61,621 nucleotides of DNA, taken from an uncultured bacterium. GTDB lineage: Bacteria; JAGOEH01. Location: positions 62,001 to 123,621 of the forward strand of contig CAZWDO010000012.1 of NCBI GenBank assembly GCA_964632485.1, written 5' to 3'. Of this stretch, positions 36,127 through 46,581 are shown piece by piece (the stretch's first letter is position 1; the number at the start of each line of letters is the position of its first letter). The translations under genes were made by a program, and so were the position numbers. The notes under the pieces were generated by a model. It did no database searches. It was not told where the DNA came from and worked only from the letters and a program-made list of their open reading frames with translations.

Positions 36127-37053
36127 ATGCGTATTGCGCAGGAAATGACGGAATTAATCGGGAATACACCGATGCTTAAGCTGAAGCGGTTTGCCGAATC
36201 GTTTCCCGCTCATCTATATCTTAAGCTTGAGATGTTCAATCCCCAATCCAGCGTCAAGGATCGGATTGCCTTTGCGATGATTGAGGATGCTGAACAAAAA
36301 GGATTACTTAAATCGGATAGCGTTATTATTGAGCCTACCAGTGGCAATACCGGGATTGGTTTAGCGTTTGTGGCCGCTGTTAAAGGATACCGAATAATAT
36401 TGACAATGCCGGAATCGATGAGCATTGAACGGCGGAAATTATTGCGAATACTCGGAGCAGAGTTGATACTTACTCCCGCGGATAAAGGGATGACGGGCGC
36501 TATTAAAAAGGCAACTGAACTTGCGGCACAGATTCCAAATTCGTTCATTCCGCAGCAATTTGAGAACCCGGCTAATCCGGAAACTCATCGGCGGACTACT
36601 GCGGAAGAGATTTGGCGTGATATGGATGGCTGCATCGATATTTTTGTGGCGGGTGTTGGAACTGGCGGTACGATAACCGGTGTCGGTTCATTTCTGAAAG
36701 CCAGAAACCCTGATATTCAGATAGTGGCAGTTGAACCGTTCGGTTCAGCAGTTCTTTCCGGGGGGAAGGCGGGGCCCCATAAAATTCAAGGAATCGGCGC
36801 AGGGTTTGTGCCGGCAGTTTTTGATCGATCAATAATTGATGATATCATTCAGGTTCTTGATGACGATGCTGGACAAACGGCCCGAAGGGTAGCTCAAACG
36901 GACGGGTTGCTCATTGGCATTTCGGCCGGCGCCAATTTGTGGGCCGCATCGGAGTTAGCGAAACGTCCCGTAAATAAGGGGAAAAATATTGTAACAGTTA
37001 TGTGTGATAGTGGAGAGCGTTATTTAAGCTCCTGGTTGTTTGAAAATCAATAA
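36127..37053 (+). CDS. cysK: Cysteine synthase A
   Basis: [52 protein letters not shown]. Confidence 0.96.
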   Translation: MRIAQEMTELIGNTPMLKLKRFAESFPAHLYLKLEMFNPQSSVKDRIAFAMIEDAEQKGLLKSDSVIIEPTSGNTGIGLAFVAAVKGYRIILTMPESMSIERRKLLRILGAELILTPADKGMTGAIKKATELAAQIPNSFIPQQFENPANPETHRRTTAEEIWRDMDGCIDIFVAGVGTGGTITGVGSFLKARNPDIQIVAVEPFGSAVLSGGKAGPHKIQGIGAGFVPAVFDRSIIDDIIQVLDDDAGQTARRVAQTDGLLIGISAGANLWAASELAKRPVNKGKNIVTVMCDSGERYLSSWLFENQ

Positions 37054-37189
37054 TTCAAATTATATAATGTGGATCAGGCTTTAATAAAAATTATATTTTT
37101 TTGGCTACTCTATTCAAAGAAAGTAGGAAAAGAGATTAAATGTTGCGTAAAGAATATTCGCTAAGTGTTTATTCCTGATGTGATTAAAT

Positions 37190-38026
37190 TCAGTAATTCA
37201 CAATTTTCCATACCCCTTGTGAGAGATAGTTTAAACGGGGTAGCCCCATTTCTGCTAATCGTTTCAATGCAGTTGTAAAATAGCCGTCTATTCCTTCAGG
37301 TGAATGACAATCAGAATTTAATACCATGGGTATGTCAAGTTGCGCGCAACGTTCTATAATCCAGGGAGATGGATAGAGTTCAGGGTAGCGTTGACGGGCG
37401 ATTCCTCCGGTGTTTATTTCCACAACGCAGGTGGATTTTCTTATCACTTGCAGACATTGTTCGACTTGCTCCTGATAGAAAGGATCTCTTTCATTGAAAA
37501 ATGGGGACGATATATTGTTTTTTTTAATCAGATCAAGATGGCCAATAATTGTTGGCGGAGCTTCAATAACCATCGTTTTAATCCGTTGATAATACTCCTT
37601 GATAGCTGCATTAATATTCCCGCCGAACGATTCAGTAATTCCCTGTTGTAATTCCATAGGATCATTATCCACGCACCAGCGGTAACCACTCGAATATTCG
37701 CCCAGAAAATGGACTGAACCCAGTGTATAATCCAGGTCATATTGATCGAAATCATGGATAGATTGGAGGTCGGGAATAAAATCAATTTCCAGACCGATGA
37801 GGATTTCAATCTGATCTTGATATTTAATTTTAAGGTGTTTCAATACGCGCAGATATTCGTTGAAACGTTCCCGTGGCATCGTCCAGTTTGTGGGAAATGG
37901 CGCTGGCGCGTGGGATGTGAATCCGAGAACTAAAAAATTCCGTTTAATTGCCATCTGGACGTAATCTTCAGGGGAACCGTCGCCATCGCAAAAATGGCTG
38001 TGGGTATGATAGTTAGTCCATTTCAT
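37190..38026 (-). CDS. PHP-family histidinol-phosphatase (HisJ/HisK type)
   Basis: NYHTHSHFCDG, GFTSHAP, GLEID, GSVH, GHLDL, EINTGG, NSDCH. Confidence 0.85.
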   Translation of the reverse strand: MKWTNYHTHSHFCDGDGSPEDYVQMAIKRNFLVLGFTSHAPAPFPTNWTMPRERFNEYLRVLKHLKIKYQDQIEILIGLEIDFIPDLQSIHDFDQYDLDYTLGSVHFLGEYSSGYRWCVDNDPMELQQGITESFGGNINAAIKEYYQRIKTMVIEAPPTIIGHLDLIKKNNISSPFFNERDPFYQEQVEQCLQVIRKSTCVVEINTGGIARQRYPELYPSPWIIERCAQLDIPMVLNSDCHSPEGIDGYFTTALKRLAEMGLPRLNYLSQGVWKIVNY

Positions 38027-39174
38027 TTAAGTAGTTCATCCTTTTTGAAATCACGTTGCATAGAGAGATGGGCAAAAATTTCAGGATCGATCAGGGGTTG
38101 GCCAGTGAGTAGGAATTGCGAAAAATTTTGGGCCAGCCCAGGGCCGAGCATTAGTCCCTGTCCACAGGTTCCGCCTAACAGCCAGACGCTTTCGCAAGGG
38201 TGAGCGCGATCGGCGATTGGGATACCGTCGGGAGTATTCGGATAGGAACCGCGCCAGGTGCGGCGGATATAAATATCTTTAAGAATCGGCATGACGCGGA
38301 TCATGCGGCGGGCGATAACAGGCATAAAATGCGAGGTTTCGCCCAAAGTATAAAGGGATTGTGACGGAGTATAGCAAAAAATGAAAGCGCCCACTCGGTT
38401 TTGGATAAAATAGAAGTTTTTGGATTCACCCTCCTCATCGGGGCTCATGTCCACGATCATCGTCTGCAACAGGGGTTGATAGGGTGCAGAGATACCCGCT
38501 TCATGGCTGTCGGGATAGACGGGAATGTCAAGTCCCAGACGTTGGCCCAGTGGCCGGATGGCGGAACCGTTGGCGAGAACTGTGTGCCCGGCTGACCATT
38601 TTTCTGTGCCGCATCGTATTTCAGTCAGACGCCGGCCCATTACCGTGAATTCTGTAATTTCATGGTTGAATAAAAAATCCACTCCATTGTTTCGCGCCCG
38701 GCTGTAGAAGGTGTAAGCAGATTTTAACGGCGAAATATTGATGTCATCAGGACAATACATTCCTCCCAGATAAAGGGAAGACTGGATTGTTGGGACAATT
38801 CTTTGAAGTTCATCCGATGTAAGTAGTTCTATATTGATACCGTTTTCACGGATAACCTGGCTGGAGCGTTTAAGAGCTTCCATTTCGCTTTGCTGACGGG
38901 CTATATAGAGATACCCGCCTTTTTGCAGTTCAAAATCTGCCAGCCCTTCTGTTTCCCATTCTTTATACAATTTGATAGATTGACGGCATAGTTTTACTTT
39001 GACGGTTTCGGAGTGGGATGCCCGTACTCCGCCAATGGCAGCCTTATTGTTGCCTTGTCCAGGCGCAGACAAACGCTCGAGGACCAGTACCCGTTGTTTT
39101 GCTTCACTCAGAAACCAGGCCAAAGGGAGTCCTAAACTTCCGGCGCCGATGATGATATAATCATAAGTCCTCAT
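38023..39174 (-). CDS. FAD-dependent oxidoreductase (sarcosine oxidase / proline dehydrogenase beta-like)
   Basis: IIIGAGSLG, AAIGGVR, TWRGSYPNTPDGIP, CGQGLMLGPG. Confidence 0.85.
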   Translation of the reverse strand: MRTYDYIIIGAGSLGLPLAWFLSEAKQRVLVLERLSAPGQGNNKAAIGGVRASHSETVKVKLCRQSIKLYKEWETEGLADFELQKGGYLYIARQQSEMEALKRSSQVIRENGINIELLTSDELQRIVPTIQSSLYLGGMYCPDDINISPLKSAYTFYSRARNNGVDFLFNHEITEFTVMGRRLTEIRCGTEKWSAGHTVLANGSAIRPLGQRLGLDIPVYPDSHEAGISAPYQPLLQTMIVDMSPDEEGESKNFYFIQNRVGAFIFCYTPSQSLYTLGETSHFMPVIARRMIRVMPILKDIYIRRTWRGSYPNTPDGIPIADRAHPCESVWLLGGTCGQGLMLGPGLAQNFSQFLLTGQPLIDPEIFAHLSMQRDFKKDELLK

Positions 39175-41260
39175 GAGAAACCTCTATTTCGTTCTGACTC
39201 GATCGGTATTGGGCAAACTCTTGTAAGGGTATTTCCATTAAAAATGGGCGGGGTTGATTGCGGACAATCGATTCAGGGACGATTTTTTTTTGCTGTAAGG
39301 TTTGTAGGATCACATCCTGGCACGATTTTCCCCCGCATCCACCCATGGTAACGCGCTGCATTGTTTTCATGAAATTAATATCTGTGATTCCTTCATCGAT
39401 TATTTTTTCTACTTCTTCAAGGGTCACATGCTCGCAGCGGCAGATAAAGTGAGGTAACGGTTGATACGGATTATCGGAAATTTCAAGCCAATGAAGTTGA
39501 GGGTCGAAAAGCTGTATTCCTGCTGCGCGCAGAGCGATTGACTCCTCAGCTTTGATTTCCAGCAATTGGCGTTTCCGATCCGGGGGACGGTTAAAAATGC
39601 GTATTAAAATGCCATCGCCAATTATATTGCCCAGGTAGTCGGTTAATTTCAGTGTATCGCCTGTCTTAATAAAATCGCAGCTTAATTCATAAGGGATATA
39701 AACCAGGCAGCTCTTTTCGGTTTTCTTGAACAAAGTGATAGCCAGTCCGGGACAATTGACAACACAGCGGAAACATCCAATGCACGGGTGAGGATTCAGT
39801 TGAGGGGGAGCGGCAATGTCCGCTTCCGGGATAACGATGGATTTTTGCGGGCAAAGTGTGGAGCATGGATTGCAGGGAATGCTTTGGTAACAATGCAAAA
39901 TGGGTTGAAACCCCGGTTCTGCGGAGATTGGGTAGTGGAGTTCGATGCAAGCGCCGGGGCGGCTTTTCAGCGCGTCCATTTTATCTTTCCATTGAGGGTT
40001 ATCATAATCGCTGAGATTCAAGTCGCGGGCAATCTGAGCGGCGGCGATTTTCCCCCCGAAAAATGCGGCGCTGGCCTCGGCAATTTCCTGGGCATCTCCC
40101 GCTGAATAGCATGACAATCCATATTGGCGCGCTTTTTGAGCCAATTCATCGATGGGGTTGAGTCCCACCCCGATTAATACCGCATCGACAGCTAAAAGTT
40201 TTTCCGTGCCTGGGATCGGTTGGAATTGGGAGTCAACCTCTACAATTTCAGCAAATTCTACGCGCTCCTGGCCATAACACGCTTTGATGGAGTGATGGGT
40301 GAGCAGGGGGACACCCAGTCTTCGGATTTTATCTCGGTGGACCAGATAGCCGCTGATTTTGGATTGAGCTTCTATGACGGCAACAACTTCAATGCCGGCT
40401 TGCAGGGCATGATAGGCCGCTATAAGGCCGACGTTGCCTCCGCCGACAACTAACACCCGTTTCGCGGCTTTAATCAAATCACGGTTGACTAATGTCTGAA
40501 ATGCTCCGGCACCATATATATTTGGCAGACAAGCGCCTGGAAAACTCAGCATTTTCTCGCGCGCTCCCGTCGCATTGAGCATTACACGCGGCTCAATCAA
40601 CGTATAGCCTTGCGGAGAAATTGCGCCAGCTTTTTTATCCTCAAAAACGGCCGCTATAGTCGTTTGGGTTAATACGCGAATGTTTTGGTAGCGCGCAATT
40701 TCATTTCTGATTTTTTTGGCAATCTCTGTGCCACGCGTACCCGCATAACAATCTTCAATAGAACCAAAAAATTGATGGGTCTGCAATGTTAGTTTGCCTC
40801 CCGGTTCCGCCTTGTCATCGGCAATAATGATCGAGAGAGGAAAATCAGCCAGATATAATGCCGCCGATAACCCTGCTGGCCCTCCGCCCACAATGAGTAC
40901 ATCACAGCTTAGCTTTCGGGGTTCACCCAATAGAATATTGTTAACCGCTTTTGATTCGATCAAAGGTTTTCCAATCAACCGCGATAATCTCATTCCTGCC
41001 GTAATCGGTGTAATACAGCCCTTCACCGGCAATTGGTCCGCTATGATCAGGCATTGAGAGCATTGACCGTTTGCGCAAAATAATCCCTGGGGCAAATTGT
41101 CTTTGGGATGTCGATTTAAAATGTCGATTCCATTGGCCATTAAAGCTGATGTGATCATCGAATCCTTGCGCGCTTGCAACGGTTGGTCTTCAAAATAAAA
41201 TGTAACCCAATCGGTTTGTGGGATATTTAAAATTGGGTGCTCTGATAAATAATTATTCAT
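39161..41260 (-). CDS. Multi-domain Fe-S flavoprotein (2Fe-2S, FAD/NAD, 4Fe-4S, BFD-like), alpha subunit of the same complex
   Basis: CANGQCSQC..C; GGGPAG; GGGNVG; CNPCSTLCP/CIGCFRCVVNCP; ICRCE..GCGGKSC. Confidence 0.85.
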   Translation of the reverse strand: MNNYLSEHPILNIPQTDWVTFYFEDQPLQARKDSMITSALMANGIDILNRHPKDNLPQGLFCANGQCSQCLIIADQLPVKGCITPITAGMRLSRLIGKPLIESKAVNNILLGEPRKLSCDVLIVGGGPAGLSAALYLADFPLSIIIADDKAEPGGKLTLQTHQFFGSIEDCYAGTRGTEIAKKIRNEIARYQNIRVLTQTTIAAVFEDKKAGAISPQGYTLIEPRVMLNATGAREKMLSFPGACLPNIYGAGAFQTLVNRDLIKAAKRVLVVGGGNVGLIAAYHALQAGIEVVAVIEAQSKISGYLVHRDKIRRLGVPLLTHHSIKACYGQERVEFAEIVEVDSQFQPIPGTEKLLAVDAVLIGVGLNPIDELAQKARQYGLSCYSAGDAQEIAEASAAFFGGKIAAAQIARDLNLSDYDNPQWKDKMDALKSRPGACIELHYPISAEPGFQPILHCYQSIPCNPCSTLCPQKSIVIPEADIAAPPQLNPHPCIGCFRCVVNCPGLAITLFKKTEKSCLVYIPYELSCDFIKTGDTLKLTDYLGNIIGDGILIRIFNRPPDRKRQLLEIKAEESIALRAAGIQLFDPQLHWLEISDNPYQPLPHFICRCEHVTLEEVEKIIDEGITDINFMKTMQRVTMGGCGGKSCQDVILQTLQQKKIVPESIVRNQPRPFLMEIPLQEFAQYRSSQNEIEVSHEDL

Positions 41261-41414
41261 AGTTTATCCTCTTTTTTCGTTTATTATAGATTTTTTTTTG
41301 CGTTTTGCAAGTTTTTTTGCATAAATTCTTAGAAATAGAAAATTTTTGCTTGACTTTTACTCTTTTTAGTTTAAATTTTTAATAAGCTAATCAAACATCC
41401 GACCAGGAGACCCA

Positions 41415-41624
41415 TTGCTGCGGAATCAAGATAAATCAAATGCCGAAATAAATTCCCTGATTGAAGAATTTGTTACATTGTTGAATCGGTTACCCCGAAA
41501 TCAACAAAGTCTGATTCTTGACATGATTAATTTCCTCGACCTATTTATTCAACATTTTTCCAAAGAAGAGCTACAGATTTTATTGGCCTTTTTAAAAGAA
41601 CGGGTAGTTACTAAGGTTAAATAG
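41415..41624 (+). CDS. Small helical hypothetical protein (weak DUF2281-like pattern)
   Basis: SD AGGAG before TTG; LNRLPRNQQSLILDMINFL; upstream TTGACT box. Confidence 0.5.
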   Translation: MLRNQDKSNAEINSLIEEFVTLLNRLPRNQQSLILDMINFLDLFIQHFSKEELQILLAFLKERVVTKVK

Positions 41625-41795
41625 AGTTCTTAAACATTGAATTTATTTTCCACTTCCAGCATCAAATGTTGATTTATGTTTTTTCCGTTTATAAGGAGGA
41701 TCAGTTGGGTTATCACTTTTCTTTGGTAGGAAGGCTTGATCAATGGATTTTTCGAGGTGGACCATTATTGTAGAATGATGTTTGTTACCATTTTT

Positions 41796-43505
41796 TTAAT
41801 ATGAATCCATTAGAGTGATTTTTATAGATAGTCCCGATAGTGATTGTACGAAATTATCAATCAACATCCATTTGAAGGTTTTTTTGTCCGCTTCATTAAG
41901 TTTTTCCAATACCAGCTCAACCAATCCATCGAATGAGGAAGCTTGGAAATTGATTTGAACCTGATTGGTATTCTCCTTGAGTTTATCAACTGTTTTATGC
42001 TGGGGAAATACTGTGGTTATTTGTTGAATTAAACGGCTTCGCAGATCGTTTAATGCGTCTGGACCGAGAGGGTTTTGCCCTATATATATTGCCATATAAT
42101 AATAACCCTTGGAATCCGAATGAACGGCAATCCCGATTGTTGTCATTTGCGAATCGATCATGGACTGGTAATGGGCGGGACTCCGCAGTAGTCCGTTGAA
42201 TGCTCGTTGAATAGAATTAGCCTGGGAAATGTTCTCTCTTAATGGTGGCATGATTTGGAATTGCTGCTGACGGCCCCCGGGATGTTCTTTATCGGGGGCA
42301 ATATGGCTGCAAAATTCCTCTCGGGCCATTCTTTTGCTGTAATAATTGGCTAATCGGTTAAGTTTATCATCGTAACTTAATGGTGGATAATTTAAACGGG
42401 CTCGAATTTTATTGATTGTTTCAACTATTTTTGCGCGTGTCCGGAGTGAATCGCGAACTTCAGTTCCGGATTCAATGATTGGTAAATCTTCGCTAAGCAG
42501 CGGGAACAAAATTCCACAATAAAAAGGTAAATTGACCAAAGCCTCGCCTTCACTATCGTTGATTTCCAAACGGTAAACTCCTGTTTCTTTGAATTCGTAA
42601 TCAAGGGAGGCGATTCCTGCTGGAACGAGTTTGATAACAGTTCCTCCCCAGGAAAATTTTTCTGCATTGTGATCAGTATTGAGTGGTATCTCTTCAACTG
42701 ATCCCCTTGGGGTTGTGATAAAGCAAAGATTGCGAAAATGTTGCCCAATCTGGAAATGAAATTTTTTACGGCTGCCCGTAGGTATGTTTAAGGGGTTTTC
42801 ATCCAACCACTTGACATTTTTTGATAGAGTTGTGGGTTCATAGGGTAATAATTCAATCATCTGATCATGGCGCATTTCCCATGAGCTGCAACAGGTGTAC
42901 AAGCTTCCATCGAGCGAACGCGCCGTATTAATCCGCAAATGTGCGGTTCCGGGTTTCAATTGGCGCCAGAGTGTATCGTCAAATCGATAGGAACTGGGTG
43001 TATTGCTGATAATTTGGCGAACACTTTTACCATTTTGCTCTATTTCAATCTCAATCAACTCATTCTGATTCATCCAATTTAGATCGACACCTTCACGGGT
43101 GATTGATAAATTTTTGAATGTAAAGGACTGGACAGGCAATCGTTCCTTTTTCGCCGGAGTTGCTGCTGTTAGAATCAATGACCCACAGGGAGTCTGATCA
43201 ATTCTGATTGTAAGATAGTAATAGCCCTCGAAAGGAAAGTCCAGCGGGAGTTCAAATCTACCGTCTTTAATCTGTATTTTCATGGCTTTTTCCCAGCGAT
43301 TGTCAATAGTATATAAAAGGGCATAAACTATTTGGCCAGCGCTGTTTTTTAATAATTGGCTCTTAAAATAAAACCGTTCGCCAGGAGCGAAAACTTGAGG
43401 AAGCGGTTCATGCGAAATAAGGTTTAGCTCATTGAGTTTATTATCTCCATAAACAGATGCGCCAATAAGAACCCACAGACAAATTTGATAAAATTTTAAA
43501 GACAT
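41796..43505 (-). CDS. Exported CAP/SCP-domain protein
   Basis: Signal peptide; INKIR, SHIAP, ENI, LLRSPAHYQSMID, IGIAV. Confidence 0.8.
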   Translation of the reverse strand: MSLKFYQICLWVLIGASVYGDNKLNELNLISHEPLPQVFAPGERFYFKSQLLKNSAGQIVYALLYTIDNRWEKAMKIQIKDGRFELPLDFPFEGYYYLTIRIDQTPCGSLILTAATPAKKERLPVQSFTFKNLSITREGVDLNWMNQNELIEIEIEQNGKSVRQIISNTPSSYRFDDTLWRQLKPGTAHLRINTARSLDGSLYTCCSSWEMRHDQMIELLPYEPTTLSKNVKWLDENPLNIPTGSRKKFHFQIGQHFRNLCFITTPRGSVEEIPLNTDHNAEKFSWGGTVIKLVPAGIASLDYEFKETGVYRLEINDSEGEALVNLPFYCGILFPLLSEDLPIIESGTEVRDSLRTRAKIVETINKIRARLNYPPLSYDDKLNRLANYYSKRMAREEFCSHIAPDKEHPGGRQQQFQIMPPLRENISQANSIQRAFNGLLRSPAHYQSMIDSQMTTIGIAVHSDSKGYYYMAIYIGQNPLGPDALNDLRSRLIQQITTVFPQHKTVDKLKENTNQVQINFQASSFDGLVELVLEKLNEADKKTFKWMLIDNFVQSLSGLSIKITLMDSY

Positions 43506-44084
43506 ACTGCCACCTTTTTTAAAAATTTGATTTATAATCCATTCATAATATATGGCAGATTAAAAAAAAACCAAGGAATTTATTATTTAAAGTCAGTCCA
43601 CAAATTCTTTTTAATATCATGCCGGACTTGATCCAATATCCGCAGAAAATGTTAAATCCATTGTTTAACAACAGATTATTGATCCAGAAGCGGGGCTTGC
43701 ATAAACTTGTTAATCATAATTCGAAGTATACTGAAAATAGTGCCTTTTTTGGACAGCCATTTTTAATCATAAAATTGCATTTAATGGTCATGGTTGTTTA
43801 TTCCAGATAAGTTGTTTTTATCATGTTTAGAACATTCGAGGCAAAAAATTCGTGATATTATGAATTAAAATTAAAGTTATTGACAATGAATAAAAAAAGT
43901 ATATTATACTAATAAATGATTTGAAATCCATTCCTGCTATGTGGTTTTTTTTCTTTGTTAATAAAATTGTGGGATCCCTTCCGTTGGAGATTTTCCAGTT
44001 CTCCTGAAAGCGTAGAGAAAATAGAAAAAATGTTTGAAAGGATTGGAGTATGGTGTTATTGTAAAGCGAATCCGGTGGTAACTT

Positions 44085-46577
44085 ATGAGAACTAAATCCA
44101 TGATAGTATATACTGGAAGTAAACCGTTAAATAATTTGATGATTGAATTTACGGTTATATATCAAGTTTGGATATTATTAGTATTCCTCCTGGTGGCTCC
44201 GATTATGGGAGATGTACTTACTTCGGAAGAACGCGCCTGGTTGGCTTGCCGCGGCAATATCATTCGGTTGGCTCCTGACCCCTATTTCCCTCCCCTGGAG
44301 TTTTTTGATGACCAGGGTCAATATTGCGGACTTATTGCTGATTATTTTCAACTAATTGCTCAACGTTTGAATATCCATATTGAATATATTCGCTTGAACA
44401 GTTGGGATGATGTGATTCGTCAAGCGCGGGATAAAAAGATTGATGGGATTACTGCTGCTCAATTGACCCCGGACCGGCAATCATATTTACTTTATACGCA
44501 TCCCCTGATGGATATTCCAAATGTGATCATTCTCCCCCAGGAAAATACAAAAAACTACCGATTGGAGGAGATGAAGGATTTGACTATTGTATTAACCCGT
44601 GGAAATGCGATTCATGAATATATCGATCAAAATTTTCCCTATTTAAAAGTTCATCCAGTTGAAAATGATTTAACCGCTTTGTTTGAAGTATCCTTTAAAC
44701 GAGCGGACGCAACCGTAGTCAATCTGGCTATTGCCTCCTATTTAATTGAACGCTATGGTATCACCAATTTGCGGTTGGGAGGGGATTCAGGTCGCAAAAA
44801 CATTTTGGCAATTGCGACACGTCGCGATTTGCCTATCCTTAACAAAATTATGGACAAGGGGTTGTATTTATTGCAAGCGGATGAGATGAAGAAAATTTAT
44901 GATCGGTGGATTTCAATCCGCGCGGTTCCTTTTTATCGAAGTCGGATATTTTGGCAATATACAGGAATTATATCAGGTTTGATTTTTTTAGCATTGGGCG
45001 CTGTCGTTATGTGGAATCGGACACTCAGTCACAAAGTGAGAGAACAAACCGATGAATTGCGGCAGGAATTAAAAGAACGACACAAGGTTGAGCAAGCATT
45101 ACGGGAGAGTGAATCCACTTTGTTGGCTTTACTGAATTCACCGGCTGACCTGTTGATCGTTTTTGATTTGACTGGGCATATTGTCAGAGTAAACCGGACA
45201 TTACAAGTTGCCTTGGACCTAAATGGTGTGGAAACTTTATCGAAAAGCATTGATCAGGTTTTTTCGACCGCTCTGGTTACACAATTATATAAGAAAGCGG
45301 GGGAGATATATACTACCGTAAAACCTTCGCGTTTTGAACATACTTTTCATGCCCGGCAATTCGATTGGGTTGTTTATCCCATTACCGACTGGGAGAATCG
45401 AGTTGTTAAAATTGCGGTAGTAGCCAGGGATATTACTGAATTGAAACACTATGAACAGGAAATATTTAAGATACAGCGTCTGGAATCTCTTGGAGTACTG
45501 GCGGGGGGGATTGCGCATGACTTCAATAATTTTTTAACGGCTTTATTGGGAAATATCACCATGGCGCGAACATTGATGAAAGAAGAGTACTTAAAAGAAA
45601 AGATCAGTAATCTTCTATCGGATGCTGAAAAAGCGATTGATCGCGCTAAAGGTATGACTTATCAACTACTCACCTTTGCAAAAGGGGGTATTCCTGTTAA
45701 ACAGGTTTTGCGCGTCAATGAGCTGCTGGATGATTCCATCCATTTTGTTTTATCCGGTTCCAATATTATCTGTGAAACTCATTATGATGAAAATCTTAGG
45801 CTGATTGAAGCTGATGGAACTCAGCTAGCGCAGGTATTTAATAATATAATTTTGAATGCGCGACAGGCCATGCCTGATGGGGGAAAATTAGACATCCGCG
45901 CCAAAAATATTTTTTTGGCAGAAAATAATCTCTGGGGTTTAATTCCCGGGGAGTATATCTTTCTCGAATTTATCGATCAGGGCTGTGGTATTGATCCTCA
46001 CGTAATATCAAAAATTTTCGATCCCTTTTATACTACCAAAGATAAAGGCCATGGCTTAGGGTTATCGTCAGCGTACTCGATCATTGAAAAACACGGAGGG
46101 ATTATCCAGGTGCAATCGGAATTGAACATCGGAACTTCACTGCATATCTTTCTATATGTGGAACCAAACCTCCAGCTTAAACCGGAAACGACCTTTCAAT
46201 TTATTGCTGGCGGTGATGGTAAAATTTTGGTGATGGATGATGATGAATTGATTTTGGCTACTTTAAAAGAAATATTGGAACATTACAACTATCAAGTCAA
46301 GACAACACTCAATGGGGAACAAGTTTTGGAAGCCTTTTCGCAAGACGCTTATGATTTAGTAATTTTAGATCTGACAATTCCGGGAGGAATGGGGGGTAAA
46401 GAGGTTATGAAATATTTGTTGGAACTCAATCCAGAGGTTAATGCGATTGTTTCCAGCGGGTATTCGAATGATCCAATTATGGCGGAATATGATCTCTATG
46501 GGTTTAAGGGCTGTATCCCAAAACCTTATCGGGTTGATCAACTATTAGAGGTGATCGAACAGGCGCTGCATGGCTGA
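44085..46577 (+). CDS. Hybrid sensor kinase (periplasmic SBP family 3, PAS, HisKA, HATPase, REC)
   Basis: DPYFPPLEF, LAGGIAHDFNN, NARQAM, DQGCGI, GHGLGL, ILVMDDD...ILDLTIPGG; exact start uncertain. Confidence 0.92.
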   Translation: MRTKSMIVYTGSKPLNNLMIEFTVIYQVWILLVFLLVAPIMGDVLTSEERAWLACRGNIIRLAPDPYFPPLEFFDDQGQYCGLIADYFQLIAQRLNIHIEYIRLNSWDDVIRQARDKKIDGITAAQLTPDRQSYLLYTHPLMDIPNVIILPQENTKNYRLEEMKDLTIVLTRGNAIHEYIDQNFPYLKVHPVENDLTALFEVSFKRADATVVNLAIASYLIERYGITNLRLGGDSGRKNILAIATRRDLPILNKIMDKGLYLLQADEMKKIYDRWISIRAVPFYRSRIFWQYTGIISGLIFLALGAVVMWNRTLSHKVREQTDELRQELKERHKVEQALRESESTLLALLNSPADLLIVFDLTGHIVRVNRTLQVALDLNGVETLSKSIDQVFSTALVTQLYKKAGEIYTTVKPSRFEHTFHARQFDWVVYPITDWENRVVKIAVVARDITELKHYEQEIFKIQRLESLGVLAGGIAHDFNNFLTALLGNITMARTLMKEEYLKEKISNLLSDAEKAIDRAKGMTYQLLTFAKGGIPVKQVLRVNELLDDSIHFVLSGSNIICETHYDENLRLIEADGTQLAQVFNNIILNARQAMPDGGKLDIRAKNIFLAENNLWGLIPGEYIFLEFIDQGCGIDPHVISKIFDPFYTTKDKGHGLGLSSAYSIIEKHGGIIQVQSELNIGTSLHIFLYVEPNLQLKPETTFQFIAGGDGKILVMDDDELILATLKEILEHYNYQVKTTLNGEQVLEAFSQDAYDLVILDLTIPGGMGGKEVMKYLLELNPEVNAIVSSGYSNDPIMAEYDLYGFKGCIPKPYRVDQLLEVIEQALHG

Positions 46578-46581
46578 CCGT

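Noticed and set aside
43617-43810. 63-aa ORF starting in a TCATGCCGGACTTGATCC REP-like motif
   Set aside because: A single degenerate copy with a broken palindrome; the ORF has no SD or recognisable motif.
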